A DNA stretch of 64,000 nucleotides. Source: Mobula hypostoma (Eukaryota). Of the stretch, positions 12,690 to 25,790 are shown one piece after another. Position numbers and translations under genes: made by a program. Location of the stretch: contig NC_086097.1 in the NCBI RefSeq assembly GCF_963921235.1, positions 180,794,001 to 180,858,000 on the forward strand. Reading direction: 5' to 3'. The stretch's first letter is position 1. Each line of letters begins with the position of its first letter. The notes below the pieces were generated by a model. The model saw nothing but the letters and a program-made list of their open reading frames with translations, did not search any database and was not told the DNA's origin.

Positions 12690-13750
12690 CTCGAATAAAC
12701 TCTTCTCGGGCTTCCAGCCGGGTACAAATATCTATCTTGACCAATGTTTCAATGACGAACTCTGCCATCTTCATCAGAGATGATGCCTTGGTATGTCCAG
12801 TCCGGTTGTACCCCCGCGTCCGTCCCTCCTGATTGGTTAGTCTTCATCCAATCAGGATTTCGCTGCCCCGACTTGTTTACAATGACTGCCAGCTCTTACT
12901 CCGAGCAAGTCCTTGGTCTTTGTTAAAGTTATTTTCCTCTAGTTTTACTTCAATGGCTTCCTTCACCAGGTAGCCCCAAAAGCCATTGGCGCAGCACAGT
13001 AGTTTTGTGTCGTTGAAGTCAATCCTATGGCCATTGCGAATGCAATGTTCTGCTACTGTCGATTTCTCCGGGTAACCCATACGGATGCATCTCCTATGCT
13101 CCTTGATGCAGTTTTCCATCTGTGTCTGGCCAATATAAGCTGCTTCGCATTCACAGGGAATGCTGTAAACGCCAGCCATCCTGAATCCCAGGTCATCTTT
13201 GACCCGCATAAATTGTAATTTGAGCTTCCTTGTGAGTTTGTGGATAGCATTAATCCGGTATTTCTTCAGAAACCTGGCGATTCCCCCAGAAACCGTGGAA
13301 ATTTTAGGAAGCCAGCCGTAGCGACAGATTCCTCTTCGTTGATGGGTTTTCTAGTCTTTCCATCAGCTCTTTTAAGGGCCCGATTGATTTACTTCACCTT
13401 GTAGTTATTCTGCAGGAACAACATGCGTAATCGTCTTATTTCCTCGTGGAGACTCTCTGGGTCCGAAACACTATGGCTTTTGGGACTGCCTAGTGAAGGA
13501 AGCCATTGAGATAAAACTAGAGGAAAATAATTTTAACAAAGAATAAGGTTCTAAGTAAGAACTGGAATTCGATTGTAAACCTGATTGGATGGGGACTAAC
13601 CAACCAGGCAGGATGGACGATGGGGTATAAATACCACCAGATTAGACATGCCCAGGCATCATCCCTGATGAAGATGGCAGAATTTGTCATCGAAATGACT
13701 TTTAAAATCGATACCTGTACTCAGCTGAAGCCTGAAAAGAGTTCATTCAT
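12690..13750 (-). mobile_element. Penelope-like element fragment with GIY-YIG endonuclease and an inverted terminal repeat
   Basis: GVYSIPCEC...YIGQT...KEH...AEH...EAIE on - (12877-13209). 13472-13750 is an inverted copy of ~12690-12990. Confidence 0.88.
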
Positions 13751-14329
13751 CATATATGCTGGGAAAACACTATATCCTTGTTCTATCTCACTCCTTTTAC
13801 ATCTGCTGCGGACTGATCCGCCAGATTACTACAACTTTGTTACCCTGTCAGCAAGTCTCAGAAACACTTAATGCATAATCTGGCAGTATGAATGCTGACT
13901 TCTCCCGTTTCAGGTAACTTGCTCCCTCTCTATTTATTTTCTGTCTCTCCTGATCTGCCCAGTTCCTCCCACACCTGTCCAGCTCCCATAGTCCGGATTC
14001 TTTCTCCTTTTCCATACGATCTGCCCATCATGCACGCACTCTTCCCATTATTCCCATTCCATGCTCCACCTTCTACTCTGATCACATTCTATCACCTGCA
14101 GCCTCCATCTAACACCTCTTAGCCTCTGTCACTAGCTTTAACTCTTCCCACCTCCATCTACCTCTCCTCACCTGGATCCACCTGTCACTTACAAGCTCTC
14201 ATTCAATTCCTGACTGCTTCCCCTCTGTCTTTCAGTCTAGAGTCAGCCCAGTATAAGGAGACGAGGGAAGGAGTGGAGCAAGATTTCCATGTGCTCCAAA
14301 CTTGTTGACTAACCTTCTGTTTGGGACTC

Positions 14330-16150
14330 TTGTATATAAAATTATGAAGACTGTAGATAGGATGAATGCATGCAGGCTTTCTCCTGGGTGATAATAGAAC
14401 TGGAGGTCATAGGTTCAGGGTTTTCTTCAAGGGAAATCTGAAGGAGATCTTCTTTACACAGAGAGTGGAATGAGCAGCCAGCAGAGTGGTAGATGCTGGT
14501 TCAATCATAACATTTAAGAGAGATTTGGATACATACATGGATGGGAGGTTTGGAAGGATATGGTCTAAGTACAGGTAGATGGGACTAGGAGGAATATTAG
14601 GTCAGCATGGACTGGATGGGCAGAAGGGCCTGTTTCTATGCTGTGGTTCTCTATGACTTCATTGAAAGCCACTTAAAATCCAACTACTGTATCTATTCTC
14701 ATAAAAACATTTAATAGAGAGGCAAAAGATTAGCGAGACATGCATTTTCCATGAAGGCAGATGTAAAGTAACTGTTTAATTCTTCAGCTATTTCCTATTT
14801 CTCATTATCAATTCAATAAGGAGCTATATATCTGCCCTGACTTTTTAGAGAAGTACAGCACAGAAACAGGCCCTTTGGCCCTTTGGCCCTTCTATTCCAT
14901 GCCAAGACCATTTCAACTGCCTACTCCCATCAACCTGCACTGGCCCTCCATGTCTTTATTATCCATGTACCTATCCAAACTTCTCTTAAACATTGAAATC
15001 GAGCTCGCATGCACCACTTGTGCTGGCAGTTCATTCCACACTCTCACAACCCTCTAATATTTCCCATGACCTCCAGTTGTAATCTCACCCAACCTTACTG
15101 GGGGAAAAAAACCAGCTTGCATTTACCATATATATATCCCTCATAATTTTGTACACCTCTATCAAATCTCCTCTCAATCTACTATGTTCTAAAGAAAACG
15201 GTCCCAACCTATTCAATTTTTCCTTACAACTCAGGTCTTTCAAACCCAGCAACATCTTCGTAAATTTTCTCTGCACTCTTTCCAAAGTTCAAAAAGTAAA
15301 TTTTAGTATCAGAGTATATACTTGTTACCACAAACAACCCTGAGATTCTTTTTCCTGTGGGCATACTTAGGAAATCTATAGAATTGTAACTGAAAATAGA
15401 TCTACCAAAACTGCACACAATGCTCTAAATTAGGCCTCACCGATGTCTCAAACAACTTCAACATTACATCCCACCTTCTGTACTCGATACGTTAATTTAT
15501 GAAAGTTAATGTGCCAAAGTGTTTGTTTACAACCCTATCTATCTGTGACATTGCTCTCAATGAATTATAGACTTGTATTCCCAGATTCCTTTGTTCAACT
15601 GCATTTGTCAGTGCCCTACCGTTCACTGTGTAAGACCTACCATAGTTAGTCCTACGGAAGTGCAAAACCTTGCACTTGTCTGCCTTAAATCCCATCTGCC
15701 ATTTTTCCAGCTGACACATATCCCTCTGCAAGCCATGATAGCCTTCCTCACTGTCCACTACACCTCCAATCTTGGTGTTATTTACAAATTTGCTGATCCT
15801 GTTATCAGCATTATCATCCAGATCATTGATATAGATGACAAACAACAAAGGACCCGGCACCAATTCCTGCCACTAGTCGCAGACCTCCAGTCAGAGAGGC
15901 AATCATCTACTACCACTCTCTTGCTTCTCCCACAAAGCCAATGTCTAAACCAGTCTCACCCTGAATGCCAAGCAACTGAACCTTCCTGACCAGCCTCCCA
16001 TGCAGAACCTTATCAAATGAGTGGCTAAAGTCCATACAGACAACATTCACTGCCTTGCCTTTATCCACTTTCCTAGTAACTTCCTCGAAAAACTCTATAA
16101 GGTTGGTTAGACATGATCTACCAAGCACAAAGCCATGCTGACTATACTTA
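14330..16150. mobile_element. CR1 fragments (3' end on + at 14330-14660; RT on - at 14850-16150)
   Basis: QHGFVLGRSCLTNLIEFFE and GPLLFVIYINDLD motifs. Confidence 0.8.
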
Positions 16151-16164
16151 ATCATTCCATCCCA

Positions 16165-17900
16165 ATGTCCACTTCTGAGCAACCGAGGAGGGCTCTGGGG
16201 AGACTCAAACATGGCAAAGCATTGGGACTGAATGGTATGAACCCTAAGATCCTGAAGGAGTGTGCTGAGCAGCTGTGTGGAGTTCTCCAGCACATTTTCA
16301 GTCTGAGTCTGAACCTGGAAAGGATCCTGACTGTGTGGAAAACATCATGTGTGGTCCCAGTACCCAAGAAGGGCCAACCAACAGTCTTGAATGACTACCG
16401 TCCAGTGGCCCTGACCTCACACGTTATGAAGAGCCTAGAGAGGCTGGTTCTGGTTCATCTCTGACCCTTGGTCAGATCAGCCCTCAATCCCCTGCAGTTT
16501 GCCTACAAGGAGAATATTGGAGTTGATGATGCTGTTATCTACCCACTGAATGGAGCATACTCCTGGCAGCACAGTGACGATCGTGTTTTTTGATTTTTCT
16601 ATTGCCTTCAATACCATCCAGCTCCATTGCTGCGTGGAAAAGCCCTGTACAATGCAGGTTGGCACTTCCATTGTATCCTGGATAATGGACTACCCTGACT
16701 GGCAGAACACAGTTTGTGCGGCTTCAGAGCTGTGTGTCAGACATGGCTATATGCAGCACTGGGGGCCCACAGGGGACTGTATTGGCTCCCTCCCTGTTTG
16801 CCCTGTATACCTCGGACTTTAGATACAACACTGAGTCATGTCATCTGCAGAAATTCTCTGATGACTCAGCAATAGTTGGGTGTATAAAGGGAGGACAAGA
16901 GGATGAATGCAGGGCCCTGGTGGAGGGCTGTATCGAATGCTGCAGGCTGAATCGTCTAGCTTAACATCAGTAAGACAAAAGAGATGGTGAAGGACTTTAG
17001 GAAGACCAAGCCTGCGCTGCTCCCTGTCGCTATTGATGGTGAGGATGTGGTGAGGACCTATAAGCACCTAAGGATGCACCTGGACAACAGACTTGAGTGG
17101 AGCACCAACAGAGAGACTGTGTACAAGAAAGGCTAGAGTTGCCTCTACTTCCTGAGGAGACTGAGATCTTTTGGAGTGTGCAGGCCTCTCCTTCACATGT
17201 TCTACCAGTCTTCTGTCACCAGTACAATCTTCTATGCGGTGGTGTGCTAGGGAAATGGCATCAACACAGGTGATGCCAACAGGCTCAATAAACTGTTTCG
17301 AAAGGCTGGCTGTGTTATAGGAGTCAAACTGGACACACTGGCGGCTGTGGTAGAACAAAGGACCCCATGGAAAACTCTGGCAATTCTGGACAATGTTTCT
17401 CACACTCTGCATGCCACCTTGGCTGAACAGAGAAACACTTTCAGCAATAGACTAAGACAACTGTGCTGCTCCGAAGAGTGCTATATGAGGTCATTCTTAC
17501 CCTCAGCTGGCTCTACAATGAGTCAACCTATAGCCGGAGAAGTGATGACCCCTCCTGTTAAACTGTTATTAACCTCTTTTAAACTCTGTTTACCACACCT
17601 TGCTATCACGGACACCCTGTGGAATACTGTGCAATACTACCATCACTTCTTATCTGGACGGGGTGAATGTACACACATTACTGTATAATATTACGGTAAT
17701 TCTTGCACTACCGTCATATCAGTATGAACTTGTAAATCTGTAAATCTTGTAATATTTGGCTTGTAAATCTTCTACATCTTATTTTTAAGGTAATTTATAT
17801 TTATTCTTTGTTATTTCTCTTCTAATATTTGTATATCTATGCACTTGTAATGCTACTGTGACACTGTAATTTCCTTTGGGATCAATAAAGTATCCATCTA
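16165..17900 (+). mobile_element. Rex1 LINE, 5'-truncated and frameshifted
   Basis: [42 protein letters not shown] and CHLQKFSDDSAIVGCI; tail gggatcaataaagtatccatcta. Confidence 0.88.
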
Positions 17901-18280
17901 TCCAAATACTTGTATATCTGGTCCCTTACATTTTACTTAACTATTAAAACTCTTACATTTTTTATGTCTGGTGTTAAGTCTTCATAAATTTCATCTTTCT
18001 TTATATCCTATTCCTTGATTTAATATCTTTAAAATTTCAACTGTGGGTGAATCAATTTACTTTTTGGGTTTTGTGCCTTGAAGGAATACATTTCTTTTGA
18101 AGATAATGGATCATTAAAATTTTAATTTTACATTAAATAACAGCATTTAAGATATTTGGATAAGTACTTGAGTAGTACTTATTTAGAGGAGTATGGACCA
18201 AACACAGGAAAATTGAACTAGTAGGCACCTTGGTCAGCATAAGTGAGTTTGACTTAAAGACCTGTTTCCATTCAGTATTA

Positions 18281-18373
18281 GCAACACACATCAAAGTTGC
18301 TGGTGAACGCAGCAGGCCAGGCAGCATCTCTAGGAAGAGGTACAGTCGACGTTTCAGGCCGAGACCCTTCGTG
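18281..18373 (-). mobile_element. Short PLE terminal-repeat insertion
   Basis: 15-bp TSD ttccattcagtatta at 18266-18280 and 18374-18388; homologous to 29030-29117. Confidence 0.8.
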
Positions 18374-18459
18374 TTCCATTCAGTATTACTCTGTCTCTTT
18401 TTGACTAAATTGATATCCACCATTCTCAGAACTCTGATGCTGGAATGGCACATTACTAC

Positions 18460-19400
18460 AGTTCTACCATTAATACTATGATTTCAAGCAAACACATCTC
18501 CAAACTCAGAGACTTGGGGCTCAATATCTCCCTTTGCAACTGGACCCTTGACTTTCTGACCATCAGTAAAGGTAGGCAGCAACACCTCCATTGCAATTAT
18601 TCTCAACTCTGATGACCCACAAAGTGGCATCTTCAATCCCTCATTCCATCCCTTATACACTCATGACTGTGTAGCAAGATTCTGCTCTAACTCCTATCTA
18701 CAAGTTTGCAAATGATGCAGTTTCAGTGGGCCATATCTTAAATAATGATGAATCAGAGTACTGGAGAGATAGAGAGCCTAGTGACAACCTTGTCATCAAT
18801 GTCAGCAAAACAAAAGAGCTGGTCATAGACTTCGGGAAGGAGGCAGTGTACGTGCTGCTATTTATATTGACAGCTGAGGTCAAGGCGGTTGAGAGCTTCA
18901 AGTTCCTAAGAGTAGAGACACCATGGTCAAGAAACCTCTAATCCTCAGGAAGATAATGAAATTTGCAAAATCCCTTTGATGCTCAACAAGGTATATTCAT
19001 GAACCATAGAGAGTCTCCTCTATAGATGCATCATGGGTTGGTATGGCAATTGCTGTGCCTGTGACTGCAAGAAACCATAGAGCTGTGGACACAGCACACC
19101 ACATCACAGAAACCAATCTCCACTCTATATACTCTGTATCTACTTTTCGTTGCCTCAGTAAACCAGCAATATAATCAAGACCCCACCAACCCTGCACATT
19201 CTCTCTTCTACCTCTCCCGTCAGGCAGATGATATAAAACCCCGATACCACCTACTACCCAGGTTCAAGGATAGCTTTAATCCCACTGGTATAAGACTATT
19301 GAATGTTCCCTAGTATGATAAGGTGGGCTCTTGATAAGAGCCAATCTACCTCATCATGACTTTGTGCCTTATTTTCTAACTGCACTGCACTTTCTCTGTA
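18460..19400 (+). mobile_element. Decayed Rex1/Babar LINE
   Basis: INVSKTKELVIDF and VESFKFL motifs; 3'UTR similarity to other copies. Confidence 0.7.
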
Positions 19401-19929
19401 ATGCTAAAACAGATTTGAGGGATTAAAGGTCATTCATTTTTTTTATTTGTTTAATTGAAAGGAGGGTTATATGCTAATTAGGGACCAAAAAAGAGGTCCT
19501 GAGGAATCAGAGATTGTGACTGCAGGGTATACTTTGCATTGATTATGCCTAGAGTAGAGGATAAAGTTAGTTACAGTGTAGATTAAAGATATTAGATGGG
19601 ATAAGCATAGAAAAATAGGTATTAAATAAATTGACATACCCAACCTAAGTAGGATATGTCCTAAACGCAGAGGGAAGAAGCAATGAAAGATTATTTACTC
19701 CAGATGGTGCTAGTGAGCCAATGTTAGGCATATTTCAACATTTACCTTCCAAATCAAGATAGATTGAAGGATATTTTAAAGTGTTGTTCACAAATACATA
19801 TTCTACTTTCATGGTATTTCAAGAGTACCTGCTTTAGTAAACCACCAGCTGGGTGGTTCTTAGGATAATATAAACTTTTTACATCATGGAATTCTTTAGG
19901 GGTCGATAGAATCATAAAACACAGAAGGT

Positions 19930-20170
19930 TATGGCAGTGTTTAGAGTTACAGGACTGGATTCGTAATTTTGAACTGACCTGAGTTCAAATTCTACCTTGG
20001 TGACTGTGAAACTTAAACTTATGCTAATAATCTAGTATTTAAATAAAACTAGTAATGATGACCGCAAAGTTACCAGCTTGTCATTAAATACACATCGGGT
20101 TTACAGGCGTCCTTCAGTGGAGAAAATCTGCCATTCTAATGTTCCATCAGAAATGGCTGAGAAAATGGCA
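19930..20170 (+). mobile_element. Ancient tRNA-SINE remnant
   Basis: B-box-like gagttcaaattc at ~19981, followed by a body I recall resembling a common shark SINE; heavily decayed. Confidence 0.35.
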
Positions 20171-20239
20171 ACAGATATTGACCTGGACATAATTGCCCTC
20201 CTCACAAATATATTGTAATTGTTGTATAAATTGAAACAA

Positions 20240-20980
20240 AGCTGGGACCCCTGCTCTTTGTGTTTTTTATAAATGACTTAGATGAGGAAGTGGAAGTGTG
20301 GCTTAGTAAGTTTTCAAATGACACAAATATTTGTGATGTTGTGATAGTGTAGAAGATTGTTGTAGATTACAATGAGATATTAACAGGATGCAAAGTTAGA
20401 CATAGAAGTATCAGATGGAGTTCAGTTTGGAGAAGTGTAAAGTGATACACTTTGGGAGGTTGAACGATAACAGTGTACAAAGTTATAGGCAGGATTCTTA
20501 GTAGTGTGGAGGAACCGAGGGATCTTGGGGATCCACATGCACAATTCCCTCAAAGTTGCTGTGCAAGTTGATAAGTCAGTGTGTTGGTCTTCATTAGTCA
20601 GGGGAATTGAACAAGTGCTACGAGGTAATGTTGGAGCTCTAGAAAACTCTGGTTAGACCAGACTTGGAGTATTGTGTTCAATTGCGGTCCCCTCATTATA
20701 GGAAGCATGTGGAAGCTTCAGAAAGAGTGCAAAGAAGATTTACAAGGATGCTGCCTGGATTGGAGAACATGTCTTATGAGGAAGGTTTGAGTGAGCTTGG
20801 GCTTTTCATTTTGGAGCAAAAAAGGATGAGAGGAAACTTGATAAGATGATAATGTGTATAAGATGGTAAAAGGCATAGAAAGAATGATAACCAGCACCTT
20901 TTTCTCCCAGGATAGTAATGACTGATATGAGAGGACATACTTTTAAGGTAATTGGAGGAAAATGTAGGGGGATATCAGAC
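20240..20980 (+). mobile_element. Decayed CR1 RT 3' part
   Basis: EYCVQLRSPHYRK...VQRRFTRMLPGL. Confidence 0.8.
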
Positions 20981-21739
20981 TGTTCTGTGTTCTAAAGTAG
21001 CCCCACTGATTAAGCCACATTGTTGTCCTCACAGAATCATACCTTTCAGGTAATGTGCCTGATTTTTCCAATATATCCCTGCATGTGTCCTGCCTTACCC
21101 ACACCACCTGAGGTGCCAGGTCAGAAGTGAGTTGTTAGGTCTAAATTCAAGAACTTTCTACACTACAACAGCTCAAGAAGGAAACTAACAACCATTTTCT
21201 CAAGAACAACTAAATACTGCTCTTGCTGGACCTGTTAAGCTCCAAAAATCTGAAACATTTAAAAAATCGTTCAATGTGCCTTTTTAAAAGAACTATTCAT
21301 TCCATAATCCCTCTCACAACACCTTCTCCTATCCTTGAATGCCAGCAGATGTACTTTTGCATGCTCTGTGGTCTGTCATTTAGGATCATGGGACTTTGAT
21401 TCCAAAAAAAACCTGAATCATTTGGTCTAAAGCAAAACTTTCAGACAATTAATCCATTTTGGGCTAATCATAGGGTTCCCATCATCGCATCAGCCAATCA
21501 CAGCTAATTCATTTCGTTCCCTTTGGGATCAAAAATTGGTTAAGTGCATTGATTGAGCACCCTGACAAAGAACTTGCTGGAATTTTAGCCAAGCTGTTTT
21601 AGTGAGATGCTTCCTCAGCAATACTTAGCTCAAAAAAGAAGCCCAATCTGTTCTTGTTCAACTACAACGTTCACCTCTCAATCATGAGTAATGAGTAATC
21701 AGTAATCAAGACCAGCTCCAGTTCAGTACTAACTCCAAG

Positions 21740-24700
21740 TAAACTCATCACCCCTCCCTTTTCAACTTAATCCTTGAATTTTTGACCAATAGACTGCAAT
21801 CAACAAGGATAGGCAGAAACACTCCATGATGATTATTCTCAACACTGTTGACTTACAAGGTTGTATCCTCAGCTCTCTACCCTACTCCCTATAAACTCAT
21901 GAATGTGTGGCCAGGTATTGCTCTAACTATCGTCAGATTTGCAGATGATAGCGGCATAGTGGGTCATATCTCAAATATTGATGAGTGGAAGTACAGAAAT
22001 GAGATAGAGATCTTAGTAACATGGTGTCCTAACAATAACCTTTCCCTAAATATCAGCAAAACAAAAATCTTACCATTGACTTCAGGGAGAGGTGTAGTGT
22101 ATATGCTTCTATCTCCGTCAAAGATGTTAAGGGCAAGAGGAATGAACATCATTAATTGCCTGTTCTGTTCCAACAACATAAACATCACTGCTAGTAAAGC
22201 TCACCAAAGGCTCTACCTACTCAGGAGGCTAAATAAATCTGCATGCCCCTGTTGACCCTTATCAATTGCTATCAATGCACCAGGGAAAGCATCGTACCTG
22301 GATGCATCATGACTTGATATGGCAACTGCTCTGACAACGACCGCAAGAATCAGAATCAGCTTTTTTATCACCGGCATATGACGTGAAATTTGTTAACTTA
22401 GCAGCAGCAGTACAATACAATACATGATAATATAGAAAAAAGATCAATTACAACAAGTATATATATGTATATTAAATAGTTAAAATAAAAATAGTGTAAA
22501 AACAGAAATAATATTAAAAACAATGAGATAGTGTTCATGATTTAATGCCCATTTAGGAATTGAATGGCAGAGAGGAAGAAGCTGTTCCTGAATCACTGCC
22601 TATGTACCTTCAGGCTTCTGTACCCACTTCCTGATGGTAACAATGAGAAGAGAGCATGTCCTGGGTGATGGGATTCATTAAAAATGGACGCCAACTTTCT
22701 GAGGCAGCTCTCCTTGGGTACAGAATCTAGTAACCAAGATGGAGCTGACTAATTTAACAACTTTCTGTAGCTTCTTTCAGTCCTATGCAGTAGCCCTCTA
22801 TACCAGACAGTGGTACAGCCTGTCAAAATGCTCTCCATCGTACATTTGCAGAAGTTTTCGAGTGTTTTAGATGACAAACCAAGTATAGCCACTGTCTTGC
22901 TTTCTTTAAGCTGCATTGATATGTTGGGACCAGGTTAGGTCCTCAGAAATCTTAACACCCAGGAACTTGAAATTGCTCACTCTCTCCACTTCTGATCTCT
23001 CTATGAGGATTGCTTTGTGTTCCCTCGCCTTACCCTTCCTGAATTTCATAATCAACTCTTTGGCCTTACTAACATTGAGTGGAAGGCTTTTGCTGGGACA
23101 CCACTCAACTATTTGGTGAATCTCACCCTTGTACGCCCTCTCAACTCCATCTGAGATTCTATCAACAACGGATGTAATATCAGCAAATTTATAGATGGCA
23201 TTTGAACTATACCTAGCCACACAGTCATGGATATACAGGGAGTAGAGCAGTGGGCTAAGCACACATCCCTGAGGTATGCTAATGTTCTTCAGCGAGGAGG
23301 AGCTATTATCACAATTCCACACAGATTGTGCCCTTCGGGCTAAGAAGTTGAGGATCAAATTGCAAAGGGAGGTACAGACGCACAGGTTCTGTAGCTTATT
23401 GATCATGACTGTGGGAATGATGGTGTTAAGCGCTGAGCTATAGTCATAGACATAGGTGTTTGTATTATTCAGGTGATCTAGGGCCATGTGAAGAGCTATT
23501 GGGGTTGCATCTGCCAGGGATCTATTGTGGCAGTAGGCAAATTGTAGTGGGTCCATGTCCTTTCTGAGGCAGGAGTTGATTCTAGCTATGACCAACCTCT
23601 CAAAACATTTCATCACTGAAGATTTTAATGCTACTAGACGATAGTCATTAAGGCAGCAGCTCACACAACTCTTCTTGAACATTAGTATAATTGTTGCCCT
23701 TTTGAAGCAGGTGGGAACTTTCCACCGTTGCAGAGAGAGGTTGAAAATGTCCCTGAATACGCCTGCCAGTTGGTTGGCACCCTCCTGAAAAACAGCCTAA
23801 CATCGGCCTACGAGACAGAGATCATGTGGTCACTGGGTGCAGCGGGGATCTTCATAGTTGTAGTCACATTCTCCCTTTCAAAGTAGGCGTAGAAGGTGAT
23901 GAGCTCGTCTGGTATGAAGCATCGCTGCCATTCATGCTCTTGAGTTTCGCTTTGCAGGAAGTAATGTTCTGCAAACCTTGCCAGAGTTGATGTGCATCGA
24001 TGTTGCCTCCAACCTTGCTCAGAATTATTTCTTCACTCTTAAAATAGCCCTCTGCAAGTCATACCTGGTTTTCATGTGCAGACCTGAGTCACCAGACCTA
24101 AATGCCACGGATCTATCCTCAGCAGATGACGAACCTCCTAATTCATCCATGACTTTTGGTTAGGGAATGCACAGCAAGTTTCGTAGGAACACAGTCATCC
24201 ACACAGGTTTTAATGAAGTTGGTAACAAATGCGGCATACTCATCCAGATTCAAAGATGAATTTCTGAATACAATCCAGTCCACCAATTCAAAGCAGCCCT
24301 ATAAGCGCACCTGTGCTTCCCTTGTCTATAACTTCTTGGCCCTCACCACCAGTGTTATGGTCCTCAGTCTCTGCCTATACTTAGAGAAGTACATCCAGGT
24401 GATCATACTTTGCAAAGTGTGGGCATGCAATAGCACAGTAAGCACTCTTGATGGTGGTGTAACAGTGGTCCAGTGGGTTGTTTCCTCTGGTACTACAAGT
24501 GATTTGTTGATAATAATTATTTAGTGACTTTTTCAGGCAGGCCTAGTTAAAATTCCCCAAAATGATGTTGAAGGCATAAGGGTATGCTGTTTCGTGCATG
24601 TTGATCACATTGCTCTGGAGCTTGATTGACATTGGCCTGAGGTGGAATGTACGTCTCTACCAAAACAATCGTTGAACTCTCCCATGGCAGGTAAAATGGC

Positions 24701-24830
24701 CAACACTTCATTGCAAGGTATTCCAGGTCTGGTGAGCAGAATTGGGACATCACTGACACGTTTTTGCACCAAAAGAAGTTCATTGTGAGGCAAACACCTC
24801 CACCTCTCCTTTTGACAGACTCGACATTAC
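21740..24830. mobile_element. Rex1/Babar LINEs (+ remnant at 21740-22345; long - copy at 22347-24830)
   Basis: ORF 22906-23682 with [37 protein letters not shown] and YKFAD; (aatcag) tail at 22347; endonuclease remnant RGGGVCL...YIPPQAN at ~24550-24830. Confidence 0.85.
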
Positions 24831-25790
24831 TATCCTCTGCCTTCAGGTTTGACCTTCCATGGTGCATCACTTCACGCTTGTCCAGATTGAACTTCATCTG
24901 CCACATCTCAGCCCAGATTTGCGTCCTGCCAATGTCCTGCTGTAATCTACGACAACCTTCTCCCCTATCCACAATACCACCAACCTTCATGTCATCTGCA
25001 AACTTATTAACCCACCTTTCCTCTTCTTCGTCTAAATCATTCATAAAAAACACAGAGCAGGGATCTCAGAGCAAACATCAGAGCAGGGAGCTCAGATCTC
25101 AGAGCTGTTTTGCTCTGCTGAACATTGTGGGCAGGCTATGCTGGTTGCTGGAATACCTGGTGACACTTGCGGACAACCCCCAGTAGATCCTTGGGTTATG
25201 TTGGTTGTTAACACGATGCAATTCCCTGTATGTTTTAATTTACATGTGATAAATAAATGAATCTCAATCTCAATCTGAACAGATCCCTGTGGAACGCTAC
25301 TAGTCACTGACCTCCATCTATTCCCACTACTGCCTTCTATAGGCAAGCCAATTCCAAATCCACACAGCCAAATTTCCATAGATCCCATGCATTCTGACTT
25401 TCTGAATGAGCCTACCATGGGGAGCCTTGTTAAATGCCTTACTAAAATTCATATACACAATGTCCACTGCACTACGTTCATCAATTTGTCTTGTCACTTC
25501 CTCAAAAAAAATCAATCAGACTCGTACAGCGTGTACAAAGCCATGCTGACTATCCCTAATTAGACAATGCTTCTCCAAATACTCGTAAATTGTGTCTCTG
25601 AGAATTTTCCCTTAATAATTTGTAAGACTCACTGGTCTGTAGTTCCTAGAATTATGCTTAATACCTTTCTTGAACTACTGGTGTGAGCAGGGAGGATACA
25701 AAGATCATTGCCAATGGCACAGCAATCTCTTTCCTCACTTCCTATGGTAATCTGGGAATATCCCATTGGCCCTGGGGACTTACTTATCCA
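24830..25790 (-). mobile_element. CR1 RT fragment carrying a + strand non-autonomous insertion at ~25100-25277
   Basis: KFADDMKVGG and FFEEVT...SKAF motifs; the insertion ends aataaatgaatctcaatctc. Confidence 0.75.

Noticed and set aside
11969..12832. 287-aa ORF next to the CpG island
   Set aside because: Chance read-through across unique DNA, a LINE fragment and a PLE repeat; non-ATG start and no coherent domain.
21440..21560. Cluster of CCAAT-like motifs as a second promoter
   Set aside because: No CpG island, exon or other support; such motifs occur by chance.
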